A DNA stretch of 64,000 nucleotides from an uncultured Pseudomonadota bacterium (GTDB lineage Bacteria > Oederibacteriota > Muellerivitia > Muellerivitales > Muellerivitaceae): the NCBI GenBank assembly GCA_963843375.1, contig CAWJKT010000004.1, positions 288,001-352,000 of the forward strand, given 5' to 3'. Shown here one piece after another: positions 20,551 through 31,779 of the stretch. Both the position numbers and the translations under genes were made by a program. The notes under the pieces are model-generated. The model saw only the letters and a list, made by a program, of their open reading frames with translations. It was not told the origin of the DNA and made no database searches. The stretch's first letter is position 1; every line of letters starts with the position of its first letter.

Positions 20551-22427
20551 TTGGGCGATAACTACCAATCCTTTGAATACGACGTGCTGGTCATCGGGGC
20601 GGGCGGGGCGGGCCTGAGGGCCGCCATCGAGGCCTCTGCGGCGGGGTGCAAGACGGGTCTGGTCTGCAAGTCCCTCTTGGGCAAGGCCCATACGGTCATG
20701 GCCGAGGGCGGCATCGCGGCGGCTCTGGCCACCGTGGACTCCCGGGACTCCTGGCAGCAGCATTTCTGCGACGGCATGATCGGCGGCAACCTAGGCAACC
20801 ATTGGCGCATGGTCCAAATCCACGCCCAGCAGGCCCCCGACCGGGTCAGGGAACTGGAAAAATGGGGAGCGGTGTTCGACCGCACCACCGACGGCAAGGG
20901 AAACATCAACGTGCGCCATTTCGGCGGCCACACCTACAAGCGCCTGGCCCACGTGGGCGACCGCACGGGGCTGGAACTGATCCGCACCCTGCAGGACAAG
21001 GGCGTGCATTCCGGCATCGAGGTGCATATGGAATGCACCATTTACTCCCTTATGAAGGACGGCGACCGGATCGCCGGGGCCTATGGCTATTTCCGCGAGA
21101 CAGGCCGGCCGGTCCTCTTCAAGGCCAAGTCCGTCATTGTTTCCACCGGCGGCATCGGGAAACTTTATTTCATCAACTCCAATTCCTGGGAATGCGCGGG
21201 AGACGGGTTCGGGCTTGCCTACCTGGCGGGGGCCGAATTGGCCGACATGGAATATATCCAGTTCCACCCCACCGGCATGGTCTGGCCCCCTTCGGTGCGG
21301 GGCCTTCTCATCACCGAGGGCGTCCGGGGCGAGGGCGGGGTTTTGAAGAACAACAAGGGCGAGCGGTTCATGTTCAAGTACATCCCGCCCAAGTACCAGG
21401 GCAAATACGCCGAAACCGAGGAAGAGGCCAACGCCTGGTTCCAGAAAGTCGTCATTGAGGGCGTGAAGGAAGAGACGGTCAAGGAACGCAAACCCCCCGA
21501 GCTCATGAGCCGGGACGTGGTGGCGCGGGCCCTCTGGAACGAGATCAAGGAAGGCCGGGGCACCGAACATGGGGGCGTCTATTCTGGATATCGCCTCCCG
21601 CCGCACGCCCGAGGACATCAAGAAGAAACTTCCCTCCATGTACCACCAGTTCAAGCAGCTGGCGGACGTGGATATCACCAAGGTTCCCATGGAAACCGGC
21701 CCCACCTGCCATTACATGATGGGCGGGGTGAAGGTGGACCCGGAAACCCAGATGTCGAACGTTCCGGGCCTTTTCGCGGCGGGCGAATGCTCGGCAGGGA
21801 TGCACGGGTGCAACCGGCTTGGCGGGAACTCCCTTTCCGACCTGGTGGTTTTCGGCAAACTGGCGGGGGAACACGCGGCCGATCTACGCCAAAAAATTGA
21901 AGGATTTCCCCAAGATCGACGAGTCCCAATTGGCCGGCTTGAACAAGGAAATGAACCGGCCTTTCGAAAACCAGGGCGGGGAAGTGTCCTACAAAATCCT
22001 GGCGGACCTACAGCACATCATGGAAAAGGGCGCGGGCATGTTCCGGGAAGAACCCGCGATGGACCAGTGCCTGAAGGACCTGGAAGGCTTGAAGGAGCGC
22101 GTCAAGAAGGTTTCCGCCGAGGGGAACCGCATGTTCAACCCCGGCTGGCACGTGGCGCTGGACCTGCGCAACATGCTGGCGGTGGGGGAGGCCATCGTGA
22201 GGGCGGCCAAGGAACGCAAGGAATCCCGCGGGGGCCATACCCGCACCGACTACACGGGTTACTCCAAGGAGTTCGCCAAGAAGCGCGTGGTGGTGCGGCA
22301 GAAGGGCGACAAAATGGAAGTGGTGAAGGAGGACCTGCCCCAAATCCCGGCGGAACTGGAAAAGGAACTGGTGGACGCTCATTTTTTAAAGCCGGAAATT
22401 TTGAAGCAACTTCGAGGCGAGGTTTAG
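20551..22427 (+). CDS. sdhA: Succinate dehydrogenase/fumarate reductase flavoprotein; two frameshifts (~21582, ~21881)
   Basis: IGAGGAG, GKAHTVMAEGG, QFHPT, TEGVRGEGG, HY.MGG, HG.NRLGGNSL, ESRGGH.R.D spread over three frames; TTG after AGGAG. Confidence 0.9.
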
Positions 22428-22534
22428 TCCCGTTTTGAGTTTCTAGCCGGGGCGCGATTTAACTTGGTTGATGTTTTTAAAATAATGGGCATCCTGCAGG
22501 GGTGCTCAAACAGATGAAGCAAGGCGGTGCACAA

Positions 22535-23270
22535 ATGTCCAACGTTCACATGAAGGTCTACCGGGGAAACTCGGAAGGCGGGGAACTGAAGGATTACAAC
22601 GTCGAGGCCGAAGAGGGCATGGTGGTACTGGACGTGGTCCACAAGATCCAGGCCACCCAATCCTCCGACTTGGCCTGCCGATGGAACTGCAAGGCGGGCA
22701 AATGCGGCTCCTGCTCGGCCGAAGTGAACGGCAAACCCCGCTTGATGTGCATGACCCGAATGAACGAGTTTAAGGAGGGCGAAACCATCACGGTCACCCC
22801 CATGAAAACCTTCCCGCTCTTGAAAGACCTGGCCACCGACGTTTCCTGGAACTACGAGGTGAACAAGAGAATTCCCCCTTTCACCCCCAAAGAGGGGGCC
22901 GATTGGCATTGGGAACAGGAGGACGTGGACCGGGTGCAGGAATTCCGCAAGTGCATCGAATGCTTCCTCTGCCAGGACACCTGCCACGTCTTGCGCGACC
23001 ACGACATGATGGCTAAGTTCGCCGGACCCCGATTTTTCGTTCGCATCGCCTCCCTGGAAATGCACCCTATTCGATGGCCTGGACCGCACGGGTTTATTAA
23101 AGAACGAGCACGGCCTGGGCTACTGCAACATCACCAAGTGCTGCACCGAAGTTTGCCCCGAATCCATCCACATCACTGACAACGCCATCATCCCCCTCAA
23201 GGAAAGGGTCGTGGACAAGTATTACGATCCACTCAAGATTCTTTTAAGCAAGGTGTTCGGTAAAAAATAA
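22535..23270 (+). CDS. sdhB: Succinate dehydrogenase iron-sulfur subunit; frameshift ~23070
   Basis: WNCKAGKCGSC..C, CIECFLCQDTC, and CNITKCCTEVCP in the shifted frame ending at TAA 23268-23270. Confidence 0.9.
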
Positions 23271-23430
23271 TAAGATCCACAACCAAAACAACAGGGCGTT
23301 TGTACTAAAAGACACCAAGAACAGCAAAAAAAGAAATCCATTTTTCCGTTGCCGGTTTTGAGGCCATGGGATGAATAGGTTTTCAGTCATTCTTTAATTT
23401 TAAATTTGAAAACTTGTTTGCTTTTAGCCA

Positions 23431-26400
23431 CTAGTGCCTTACGACGAGATGGACGGTTTGCCGCTCGGTCATTCCGTTGGCATCGTTCAGGTCCACCACG
23501 GCCAGATAAAAACCGCTAGCGACCCCCGAAGCGTTCCACGATACCTGGTTGGTTCCCGGGGCTCCCCGTATCGTTCCCACGAGTTCACCCGTGATCGTGT
23601 AAAAACGCGCGGTCAAAGTCAGGCCGAGGGCCGAGTTCACCCTCAAAAGGGTGGTCGTTTGGTTCCCCACCAACAAATTAGGCTCGGCGACAACCTGTCC
23701 TAGTGCCATTCCCTGAGCGCTGTTGATGACCAACACCTTTTGAGTGATGGTCTGGTCCCCTCCGTTTTCATTCACCCAATAGGCCTCCACGAAATATTGG
23801 CCGTTGGTCACCAGGCTTCCCCCGTCGTTGGTGCCATTCCAAACGATTGTTAGGCCGCCGTCGGACATGGCCACGTGGATGGTGGTTTGGGCGGGGACGC
23901 CAGACGGGGAAAGGGGGCCGCCGGGTGAAATCACGCTTGCCGATAGGACCACCGACTGGATAGTGTTGCTGCTAACAGGGACCATAGCCTGGTAAAGATG
24001 CTTCACCACCTCTCCGGCCTCGTTGTATACCTCCACCAAAACCATGGAAAGGGTTCGGTTCACGGTCACGGTCTGGGTCGTGGTCGTCACCACGCCAAAG
24101 CTGTCGGTGCTTTGAACCTTGATGAAATACTCGCCGTTGGTGACCGGGGTGCCGTTCTGGGTGGTGCCGTCCCAGGATGCCGCTGGAATCCCCAACAGGG
24201 ACAGCGAGATTGAGCTGGTTTGGTTGGAAAGGATGGCGGAGGAAAGCTGGAAAGTCTGGATGACCTGGGAAAAATTCTGGACCAGTAAGGTTTTCACCAA
24301 TTCCCCAGCCGAGTTATAGACGCTGACTTGGACGTTAATGGGAAAAATTACTGTGACCGGCGCGGTGACGGATTGGGGCGGGCCGCCGAGGTAAGCCGCT
24401 TGGGCTTTATTCAAAAGCACCGTCTGTTCGATCAGGTTTGTCTGGACCGTGACTGTATAGGGCAATTGGTAGGAGCCGGGACTCAGGGAAGGAAAATTCC
24501 AATTAAGGACCTGGCCGCTTTCTCCCATGGTTTCGCCGGAAATAGCGGGCGAAGGCGGGCCGAGAGCCGCGAAATTCACCTGCGCGGGCAGGGTATCGGT
24601 GACTTTTACGTTCGAGGCGACAGATCCCGAGACCGTTAGAAGGATCCGGTAGGTTATCGTGTCTCCGGGATGGGCTGAGGTCTCGGAAGCCACCTTTTGA
24701 ATTTGGATTCCCGGCGTGGGAGTAAAGGTATTGGTGGGTGTGAAGGTGAAAGTCGGTGTCTGGGTAGGCGTAAAAGTATTGGTGGAGGTTGGGGTGAGTG
24801 TGGGCGTAAAGGTAGGGGTGAAAGTAGACGTTTTCGTGGCGGAGGGCGTCGGGGTATAGGTGGCTGTAGTCGTGGCCGTGTTTGTGGGAGTGGGAGTTTC
24901 GGTCGCAGTGAAAGTTTGGGAAGGGGTAAAAGTCGCGGTCCAGGTAGCCGTTAGGGTGTAGGTGTCGGTTACGGTCGATGTCGCAGTGAGGGTGGGAGTG
25001 GAGGTTGCCGTGTAGGACTCGGTGGATGTGGCGGTGAAGGTCTCAGTGGAAGTGGGTGTTTCAGTCGCGGTCGTGGTGAAGCTTAGGGTCGCGGTCGGAG
25101 TTGACGTGTTCGTAGGGGTTGCGGTGGGTGTGACCGTGGGACTATTGGTCGAAGTGATCGTGGAGGTATTCGTTGTTGTTGCGGTAGCGCTGTTCGTCGG
25201 CGTGCCCGTTGGAGTGTAAGTGGGGCTGTTTGTCGCGGTCGGGGTGGTTGTACCAGTGGAAGTGTTAGTTGCGGAATTGGTGGCCGTGGGTGTTGGAGAG
25301 TTCGTTGTGGTTGGCGTAGTTGAGTTCGTAGGGGTGTTGGTTGAAGTGACGGTTGGACTGTTGCTCGCGGTGTTCGTTGGAGTTACGGTGGGGCTGTTGC
25401 TTGCGGTACTGGTGGATGTGTTGGTGGGGGTGTTGGTCGCGGTATTGGCCAGTGTGTTGGTCGGAGTGTTCGTGGGGGTCGGGGTGGGCGTCTTGGTGGG
25501 AGTGCTGGTTGCGCTGGGTGTTGAAGAGTTCGTTGTGGTTGGCGTAGTTGAGTTCGTAGGGGTGTTGGTAGGAGTGGCGGTGGGACTGTTGCTCTGGGTG
25601 TTCGTGGGAGTATTAGTCGTTGTCGCGGTGGCGCTATTTGTCGGAGTATTCGTGGACGTCGGTGTTGCACTGTTTGTTGGGGTATAAGTAGGACTGTTGG
25701 TGGGAGTGTTGGTCGCGGTATTGGCTAGGGTGTTGGTCGGTGTATTCGTCGGTGTAGGGGTAGGCGTCTTGGTGGGAGTATCGGTTGGGGTATTAGTGGC
25801 AGTTGGCGTTGGAGAATTTGTTGTTGTTGGAGTGGCAGTATTTGTAGGGGTGCTGGTGGGAGTAGCGGTGGGACTGTTGGTCGCGGTGTTCGTGGGAGTG
25901 TTAGTCGTTGTCGCGGTGGCGCTATTTGTCGGAGTATTCGTGGACGTCGGTGTTGCACTGTTTGTCGGGGTATAAGTGGGACTTTTGGTGAGGGTGTTGG
26001 TCGCGGTATTGGCTAGGGTGTTGGTCGGCGTGTTCGTCGCGGTTGTGGAGGAAGTCAAAGTGAAAGTGTTGGTGGGTGTATTGGTGGTAGTGTTGGTGGT
26101 GGTGTTTGTGGGGCTAAGAGTGGGTGTACTTGTAGGAGTCGGGGTGGGTGTGCGAGACGCCGTATTCGTGGGGGTCAAAGTCGGGGTATAGGTCGGGGTA
26201 TCCGTGGGACTGTTCGTAGTAGTAAAAGTAAACGTTGGTGTCGGACTGTTTGTGGGCGTGTTTGTTACGGTATTCGTGGAGGTTGGGGTGGAGCTGTTTG
26301 TCGTGGTGTTCGTTGGAGTGTTGGTGGCGGTATTAGTTTGGGTATTCTCCGGAGTGTTGGTGAGAGTGTAAGTGGAGGTTGGATTCGGGGTGTTCGTCGG

Positions 26401-28257
26401 TGTGGGGGTGAAGGTGTTGGTTGGGCTATTGGTGGCAGTATTGGTCGGAGTTGGAGTTGGGCTTTGCGTTGGAGTAGGGGTGGGCGTGTAACTAGGCGTC
26501 GGTGTGGGGCTGTTGGTCGGGGTATTGGTTGAGGTATTGGTGGGTGTGCAAGTATAACCCACGCCGTTGGTTACGGCATTGGACAACAGGGTGGAAGGCT
26601 GGGTCTCATCGTTCGCCTCTTGCGCGATGTTGACGATGCTTCCGGTACAGGTTCCAGGTGGCAGGGAGGCGACCGACACGCCGAAGGAAAGAGTACCTGA
26701 GGCGCCTGCCGCCAGGTAACCGATGTTCCAAATCAAGTCCTGGCCGATGAGCGAGGTGACGGGTTCGTAGGGGACGCTGGTCACTGAGTTGGAAAGCAGG
26801 CTCGTCCCTGTTGGAATGGTGTCGTTGACCATCACTCCGCTGATGGCGGAGTTCCCGGTGTTTTTGTAGGAAAGGGTGTAGGTGATGGTCTGACCCTCAC
26901 TCACTTGACCGGAGGGGCTGTTGGCCTTAGTGAGGGTTATGGAGGGATTGGGGCAGGAGACCCAAGTGGGACAATCGAAATAACCCCAGCCATAGTGCCC
27001 GCCCTCGTCGCAGTCGTATTCGGTGACGACAATGGTGCACTGTTGGCCTGCGTATTGGCACATGTTGAGTGTATATGGGGTCCAGGGGAAAACGCCCCAT
27101 CCCGTCCCGGCGGAAGGATTGACTTGGCAATTGACAGCGCCGTAGGTTCCGGCGTTGTTGCCAACCAGGCCGTCCAGCGTCACCAACCCCGACCCGACCA
27201 GGTAGGCCCAGTTATAAATAAGGTCGTAAACCAATTGGCCCCCAGCACCGCATTGGCCCCCGCCGACGTAAAGCTGGACTTCCATATAGGCATCGCTGTT
27301 GGGTTCACCTGGATCATTGACGTAGTGGTAATCCTCGAAAACACCCGCCAGCCAAAAAGAAAGACAGCAGGAACCATTGGTCGGAACAGTCGTCGTGCCG
27401 CAGACCCTGGAATAATCCTCATGGTTGGTATCACCCCGGCCGGAAAAAAGCTGGATGGCGCTGGTTTGGCCCGGAGGGACCATGTTCAACAGGCCGTTGG
27501 AGTTGGGCGCCACCCCAGGGCCCACCACGTTAGCCGCAGGGTTGCAGACCACGGCGGCTCCCGAATTCGTCAAAGTCGTCCAACCGGTCAGGCCATTCAT
27601 ATAGCAGGCATTGGGCCAAGTGGTAGGGGTTGGGGTAGGGGTGATGGTAGGTGTATTGGTGATGGTGGGTGTGTTGGTCACCGTCGGAGTGGCTGTCATG
27701 GTTGCTGTTTGGGTGGGCGTGGAAGTGATGGTGGGCGTACGGGTCGCTGTCCAAGAGGCGCTGTTGGTCGGCGTGGTAGTGGGGGAATAGGTGCAGGTAA
27801 AGGTTGGCGTATTCGTGGGGGTGTTCATCGTCGTGTTGGTCAATGTCAGGGTTGGAGTTGCCGTCACGCTTGGAGTGTAAGTGGCTGAGGCTGTGGGCGT
27901 CCCGGTTGGAACGGTTGTGGTGGTATTGGAGAAAGTGTTGGTCGGGGTATTGGTCAAAGTGTAAATCGGTGTATTCGATGGGCTATTGGTCGTCGTGTTC
28001 GTCGTCGTTTCGGTCGGCGTCAGGGTAACCTGGGTCCAAGCCCTTATGGGTACGCCGAGGGAAAGGATGGACAGTAAAACCAAAACTTTGAACCGTCTAA
28101 ACCATGGCGCAGAGTAGATTCCATAGAAGGCGGGCTCGGGTGGCGGTGCATAGGTCGAAACCGATCCAAAATCCGCACAATACTCATACCGCGGTTTTTG
28201 AAAAAATTCTTGCCCTGGGGGGGAATATTCCCTTTCGTGTCTTTTATACGAAGTCAT
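23431..28257 (-). CDS. 1608-aa secreted surface protein: Thr/Pro stalks, Cys-rich head, two DUF11-like domains, C-terminal FlgD-Ig/CTD-like domains
   Basis: Hydrophobic signal segment; [21 protein letters not shown] and [34 protein letters not shown] twice; terminal [16 protein letters not shown]. Confidence 0.85.
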   Translation of the reverse strand: MTSYKRHEREYSPPGQEFFQKPRYEYCADFGSVSTYAPPPEPAFYGIYSAPWFRRFKVLVLLSILSLGVPIRAWTQVTLTPTETTTNTTTNSPSNTPIYTLTNTPTNTFSNTTTTVPTGTPTASATYTPSVTATPTLTLTNTTMNTPTNTPTFTCTYSPTTTPTNSASWTATRTPTITSTPTQTATMTATPTVTNTPTITNTPTITPTPTPTTWPNACYMNGLTGWTTLTNSGAAVVCNPAANVVGPGVAPNSNGLLNMVPPGQTSAIQLFSGRGDTNHEDYSRVCGTTTVPTNGSCCLSFWLAGVFEDYHYVNDPGEPNSDAYMEVQLYVGGGQCGAGGQLVYDLIYNWAYLVGSGLVTLDGLVGNNAGTYGAVNCQVNPSAGTGWGVFPWTPYTLNMCQYAGQQCTIVVTEYDCDEGGHYGWGYFDCPTWVSCPNPSITLTKANSPSGQVSEGQTITYTLSYKNTGNSAISGVMVNDTIPTGTSLLSNSVTSVPYEPVTSLIGQDLIWNIGYLAAGASGTLSFGVSVASLPPGTCTGSIVNIAQEANDETQPSTLLSNAVTNGVGYTCTPTNTSTNTPTNSPTPTPSYTPTPTPTQSPTPTPTNTATNSPTNTFTPTPTNTPNPTSTYTLTNTPENTQTNTATNTPTNTTTNSSTPTSTNTVTNTPTNSPTPTFTFTTTNSPTDTPTYTPTLTPTNTASRTPTPTPTSTPTLSPTNTTTNTTTNTPTNTFTLTSSTTATNTPTNTLANTATNTLTKSPTYTPTNSATPTSTNTPTNSATATTTNTPTNTATNSPTATPTSTPTNTATPTTTNSPTPTATNTPTDTPTKTPTPTPTNTPTNTLANTATNTPTNSPTYTPTNSATPTSTNTPTNSATATTTNTPTNTQSNSPTATPTNTPTNSTTPTTTNSSTPSATSTPTKTPTPTPTNTPTNTLANTATNTPTNTSTSTASNSPTVTPTNTASNSPTVTSTNTPTNSTTPTTTNSPTPTATNSATNTSTGTTTPTATNSPTYTPTGTPTNSATATTTNTSTITSTNSPTVTPTATPTNTSTPTATLSFTTTATETPTSTETFTATSTESYTATSTPTLTATSTVTDTYTLTATWTATFTPSQTFTATETPTPTNTATTTATYTPTPSATKTSTFTPTFTPTLTPTSTNTFTPTQTPTFTFTPTNTFTPTPGIQIQKVASETSAHPGDTITYRILLTVSGSVASNVKVTDTLPAQVNFAALGPPSPAISGETMGESGQVLNWNFPSLSPGSYQLPYTVTVQTNLIEQTVLLNKAQAAYLGGPPQSVTAPVTVIFPINVQVSVYNSAGELVKTLLVQNFSQVIQTFQLSSAILSNQTSSISLSLLGIPAASWDGTTQNGTPVTNGEYFIKVQSTDSFGVVTTTTQTVTVNRTLSMVLVEVYNEAGEVVKHLYQAMVPVSSNTIQSVVLSASVISPGGPLSPSGVPAQTTIHVAMSDGGLTIVWNGTNDGGSLVTNGQYFVEAYWVNENGGDQTITQKVLVINSAQGMALGQVVAEPNLLVGNQTTTLLRVNSALGLTLTARFYTITGELVGTIRGAPGTNQVSWNASGVASGFYLAVVDLNDANGMTERQTVHLVVRH
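24710..26545 (-). repeat. Coding Thr/Pro/Asn low-complexity tract with higher-order 276/288-bp units
   Basis: TGTTGGTCGCGGTATTGGC at 25431, 25707 and 25995; a ~55-bp identical block at 25621 and 25909. Confidence 0.85.
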
Positions 28258-28437
28258 TTTTATCAGTCCAATTCCAAAGTCAATCGGCTGTAAGATTCAA
28301 TTTCAATAAAGAAGTTTTCGGAGCTGGGCAAAGCTTATCGCTCCTATTTGTCCAAAACACCCGAGGAAAAAAACCGAATAACCCGAAAATTCCAAAACGA
28401 TTGTTTTTTATTTCTTGGAGTTGGAATGAAGCTGGGC

Positions 28438-30273
28438 TTAAGGGTGAAGCGCGGAATGGCCTGAAGCAAACTGGCGGCGGTACTTTGCGGGAGTAGTGTC
28501 ATGGTGCCTGCGAAAAAGCTTGATGAAGTGGGAAATCGATTTAAAACCGCATTCCCGGGCTACTTGGGTGACGGGTAGCGTTCCGAACCGAAGTAGCCGG
28601 GTAGCTTTTTCCATGCGCTTTTCCTGAAGATAAACCTCGAAACCTTTTCCAGTGACTCTTGGGAATGATCGACTGAAGGTTGCGGAAGAAAGGCCGGCCA
28701 TTTTGGCGAGGGTTTGTATCCTCAATGGGTGCTGGAAATTCTCATCGATATAAACCCGGACCTTTTCCAGATTCAAGTCATGGGACGCCAAACTCGGTTT
28801 CAAAAGATACTGTCGGAACCTCTCAAGTTCCTTTCGGAATATCTCAATCAACTCCGGAATGGTCCCGGCCGAATCCAGAGATAACCCCAAAGCGCTGAAC
28901 CAATCATCCGATTTGGGAAGCCCCCCTCCTTCCCTTTCGCAGAGGGTTTCCACCAATTGCATCAAACCGTAACGGAAATGAAGCCGTACCACCTGCGGGT
29001 TTTGGGAGGATTGGTAAATAACCTGGGCAACGAACCGATCGCGAAGGACCTCAACATTGAACCAATTGGAATAGCCAAGTATGCGGCATAGCTCCCGGAG
29101 AATCTCCTCCGGCCTTGATCGAAAAAGGGTGTGCTCGGCTTCTTCTTTTTTAAAATCGAAAAAGGCTGTTTCCTGCCCTTCCGTTTGGCCCCAATAAAGC
29201 GCAAGGTTGGCCTGTCGGTGGGATTCCTGCAAACTCGAACCCGAGGGCGCAGTGCCGCCCACGCCCACTGACATGGGAATTCCCATGTTTTTTTCCAGGA
29301 ACTTCTGGAGTTCCCTGGCGATTTTTTCCAAATAAAGGCGGTGCCTTCTCCGGGACCACTTGGGATCCACCGAGGTCACGAACAGCGCGCCGTAATCTCC
29401 CAATCGGCCTCCGACGGTTTCGGGTACGGATTGTCCCGCTTGGAAGGCTTTACGCCTCAACCGGTAAGCCGTCAGCATTTCCTCCACCGGGTCCACCGGC
29501 TGGGAAGAAACCCGTCTTGGCGCCATAACGATGACGGTCGTTGGAATTCGGTTGATCCCGATTTCCTCCTTTATCCATTGGTAATGGCCGATTTCCCTGA
29601 CCCAGGGGAGGGCGAAGGGAAAGGTGGGACGTCCGCAAACCCAGTCCAGGAAACAGCTATGGGGAAACAATTTCGAAAATGATTTCCGGAGGAGTTGCTG
29701 GAAGAAATGCCTGGCTTTTAACGGTTCATAGGGCCCCGTAAAAATTTCGGCTAGCATCTCCAGCGATTGACGGTAGGCTCCCAAGGCATGTCCTTCCAAT
29801 ACGGGAATTTCCAAGGCCACCCGGACGAATTCGTGATATTCGGGATCGGTGGAAACGGCCTTTCTTCCCGTCAGTTCCTTCCAGGAAAGTGCCAGACTCT
29901 GAGCATTTGCTTCCCGGAAGGCGAAGTTTCCCGATTGCAGCAAATCTCGGAAACGGCTGCCCCGTCTTATCGGCACGAACCAGTCTCCGAAACCCAAATA
30001 TTCGCCGTAGAAGGGCCGGCCCGATTCCAGGGCTTTTCCAATGCAGTCCTCAAAAAATTTCTTCCTTCGGGCGATCTGTCCGTGTTTTTTTTCCAAATCA
30101 AGAAGGGTCAGGGGCCTGCTGGGATAACGTAAACTTCTCCAAACCCATCCAGAAGAGCGGGCGGAAACCAAAAAACACCCGAGGTCCACGTAATACTGAA
30201 GGATGGAATGAAAGGTTTCGAAGGTCCTGAAAAACTCGAACCCTTCGGTTGAAACACGACGAATGGAGGACAA
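28438..30273 (-). CDS. AraC-family regulator with PocR-like N-terminal sensor and CdaR/GGDEF-like middle domain
   Basis: C-terminal YIDENF..L....LA..AGLS..FSR.F...RM.KA..LL...VA.ECGF..SHF.K.F...TP..YR; middle MSVGVG..LQESHRQA. Confidence 0.85.
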   Translation of the reverse strand: MSSIRRVSTEGFEFFRTFETFHSILQYYVDLGCFLVSARSSGWVWRSLRYPSRPLTLLDLEKKHGQIARRKKFFEDCIGKALESGRPFYGEYLGFGDWFVPIRRGSRFRDLLQSGNFAFREANAQSLALSWKELTGRKAVSTDPEYHEFVRVALEIPVLEGHALGAYRQSLEMLAEIFTGPYEPLKARHFFQQLLRKSFSKLFPHSCFLDWVCGRPTFPFALPWVREIGHYQWIKEEIGINRIPTTVIVMAPRRVSSQPVDPVEEMLTAYRLRRKAFQAGQSVPETVGGRLGDYGALFVTSVDPKWSRRRHRLYLEKIARELQKFLEKNMGIPMSVGVGGTAPSGSSLQESHRQANLALYWGQTEGQETAFFDFKKEEAEHTLFRSRPEEILRELCRILGYSNWFNVEVLRDRFVAQVIYQSSQNPQVVRLHFRYGLMQLVETLCEREGGGLPKSDDWFSALGLSLDSAGTIPELIEIFRKELERFRQYLLKPSLASHDLNLEKVRVYIDENFQHPLRIQTLAKMAGLSSATFSRSFPRVTGKGFEVYLQEKRMEKATRLLRFGTLPVTQVARECGFKSISHFIKLFRRHHDTTPAKYRRQFASGHSALHP

Positions 30274-31333
30274 GTTCCTGAACCTTTCGCTGGATCGCGA
30301 CCGGTATTTAAACGGTTTAAACCCACTTTTCCAACCCGTGGTGCCGGTGACAACCTAAACAACCTGAATTTGATAAACAATCGCTTTTTATTTCCCCGGC
30401 GGACAAAAAAAACAGGGGCCTTAAAGGCGATAAATTTTACGGGAAATATACACTTGGCATATCACTCAAAAATAAATCCCTCTCACCTTGCGAGAAAGGG
30501 TGGGACGAGGAGTGCCAAAAGGAGCAAAACCACCCTGATCCAATTTTCTCAAGGGAGAAGGTGATGACAAAAAGTAAATATTTTTCTGAAGGTACTATGT
30601 CCAAGAGATAGGTTCATAAAATAAATATCAGAATTTCAAATTTTACTTGGTAAAGTTTTGGATAAGAACAACCATCTTGGGAAAACCTTTTTCTTAAATT
30701 CCGTATTCGTCGTCTTGAAAATCAAAGACACCATAAAAATAAAAATTGCTGAGACAGTTTTGTCGCCGGGACTATCCTCGTGACCTTCGATGTCATAATT
30801 TTTTGGTATTGGGCGTTCTAAAATTAACAGTAGATATTTTTTATTGATCAATGGTTCATTTCAAATGGTAATCGTTTTAAAAATTAGCTGCACCAAATCC
30901 GGAATCCCATTTCGAATCATAACCTGTATCGATGCAAGTTAAGGCAGGAATGGAAATCGCGATTTGACACCAACTTTTTCAATCGCTAACATGGTAAATC
31001 GATTTTGGTGAGATTAAAAAGCAGGTAAGTGCCACATGTTGGAATCATTTATTATGTAAGGCACGGAAAGAAGGTGAGTGGCTTTTGAATTTCGACTTAA
31101 ACTGTTTACTCTTTGAACCCGCCAGAAAATATGATACGGTCAACATATTAATGAAATCAGCCCCCGAAACCTTGAAAATTGTTTCGAATGGAAAAATCAT
31201 TCGGAAAGCCAAAGGGCGATTCAATCTGCAAGGTGGGGATTGAAATTTTTATCATTTCCACTCATTTGAGCTTGGTTGAATGAAAAGAGGATCAACTGAG
31301 TGGATCAAGTCCATCAGGGAATAACTACAAATC

Positions 31334-31609
31334 ATGACCCACTTTGAGTCGGCCGTCCGTTGGCGTCCCTGGTCCATTGCGATCGTTCTGGCCATTTTCA
31401 TTTCTCTTTATACTTTGAATCAATTCGGCTTGTTTTTAATCAATAACACAACCTGGATCGGTTGCGGGGTTTTGGCTCTGGCCGTGGCTTGGAATATCTA
31501 TATGATAAAACTGGCCCGATCAAGGTCGAAGGTCGGCTGGAACGGAGAGATCGCGGACGGGTTGCTCATCACCGGGTTGATACTTGTGTTTTTTGGAGCA
31601 TTCTTTTAA
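31334..31609 (+). CDS. Small membrane protein (3 predicted TM)
   Basis: 91-aa ORF with three hydrophobic segments. Confidence 0.55.
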   Translation: MTHFESAVRWRPWSIAIVLAIFISLYTLNQFGLFLINNTTWIGCGVLALAVAWNIYMIKLARSRSKVGWNGEIADGLLITGLILVFFGAFF

Positions 31610-31693
31610 CCTTCGGGTATTCCAGGCTTTTCAAGAGCTGACTCTATTTTTTTCACCCTTTTTATGTCCGTTTTAACTCTTAACAATCCCATC

Positions 31694-31715
31694 CGTAACA
31701 TTGACGAAACATTCA
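31694..31715 (+). promoter_or_regulatory. Possible Pho-box-like 11-bp direct repeat
   Basis: CGTAACATTGA CGAAACATTCA about 65 bp upstream of the PiT gene. Confidence 0.3.
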
Positions 31716-31779
31716 ACCCACATAGTCCTCCCGCTATATCGGTTTTTATCTTAACCACCTTATTTATGGAGGTCTTACC

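Noticed and set aside
24697..26532. Val/Gly-rich + strand ORFs, or a CRISPR array
   Set aside because: These are the antisense shadow of the Thr/Pro codons. There is no repeat-spacer structure and no cas gene.
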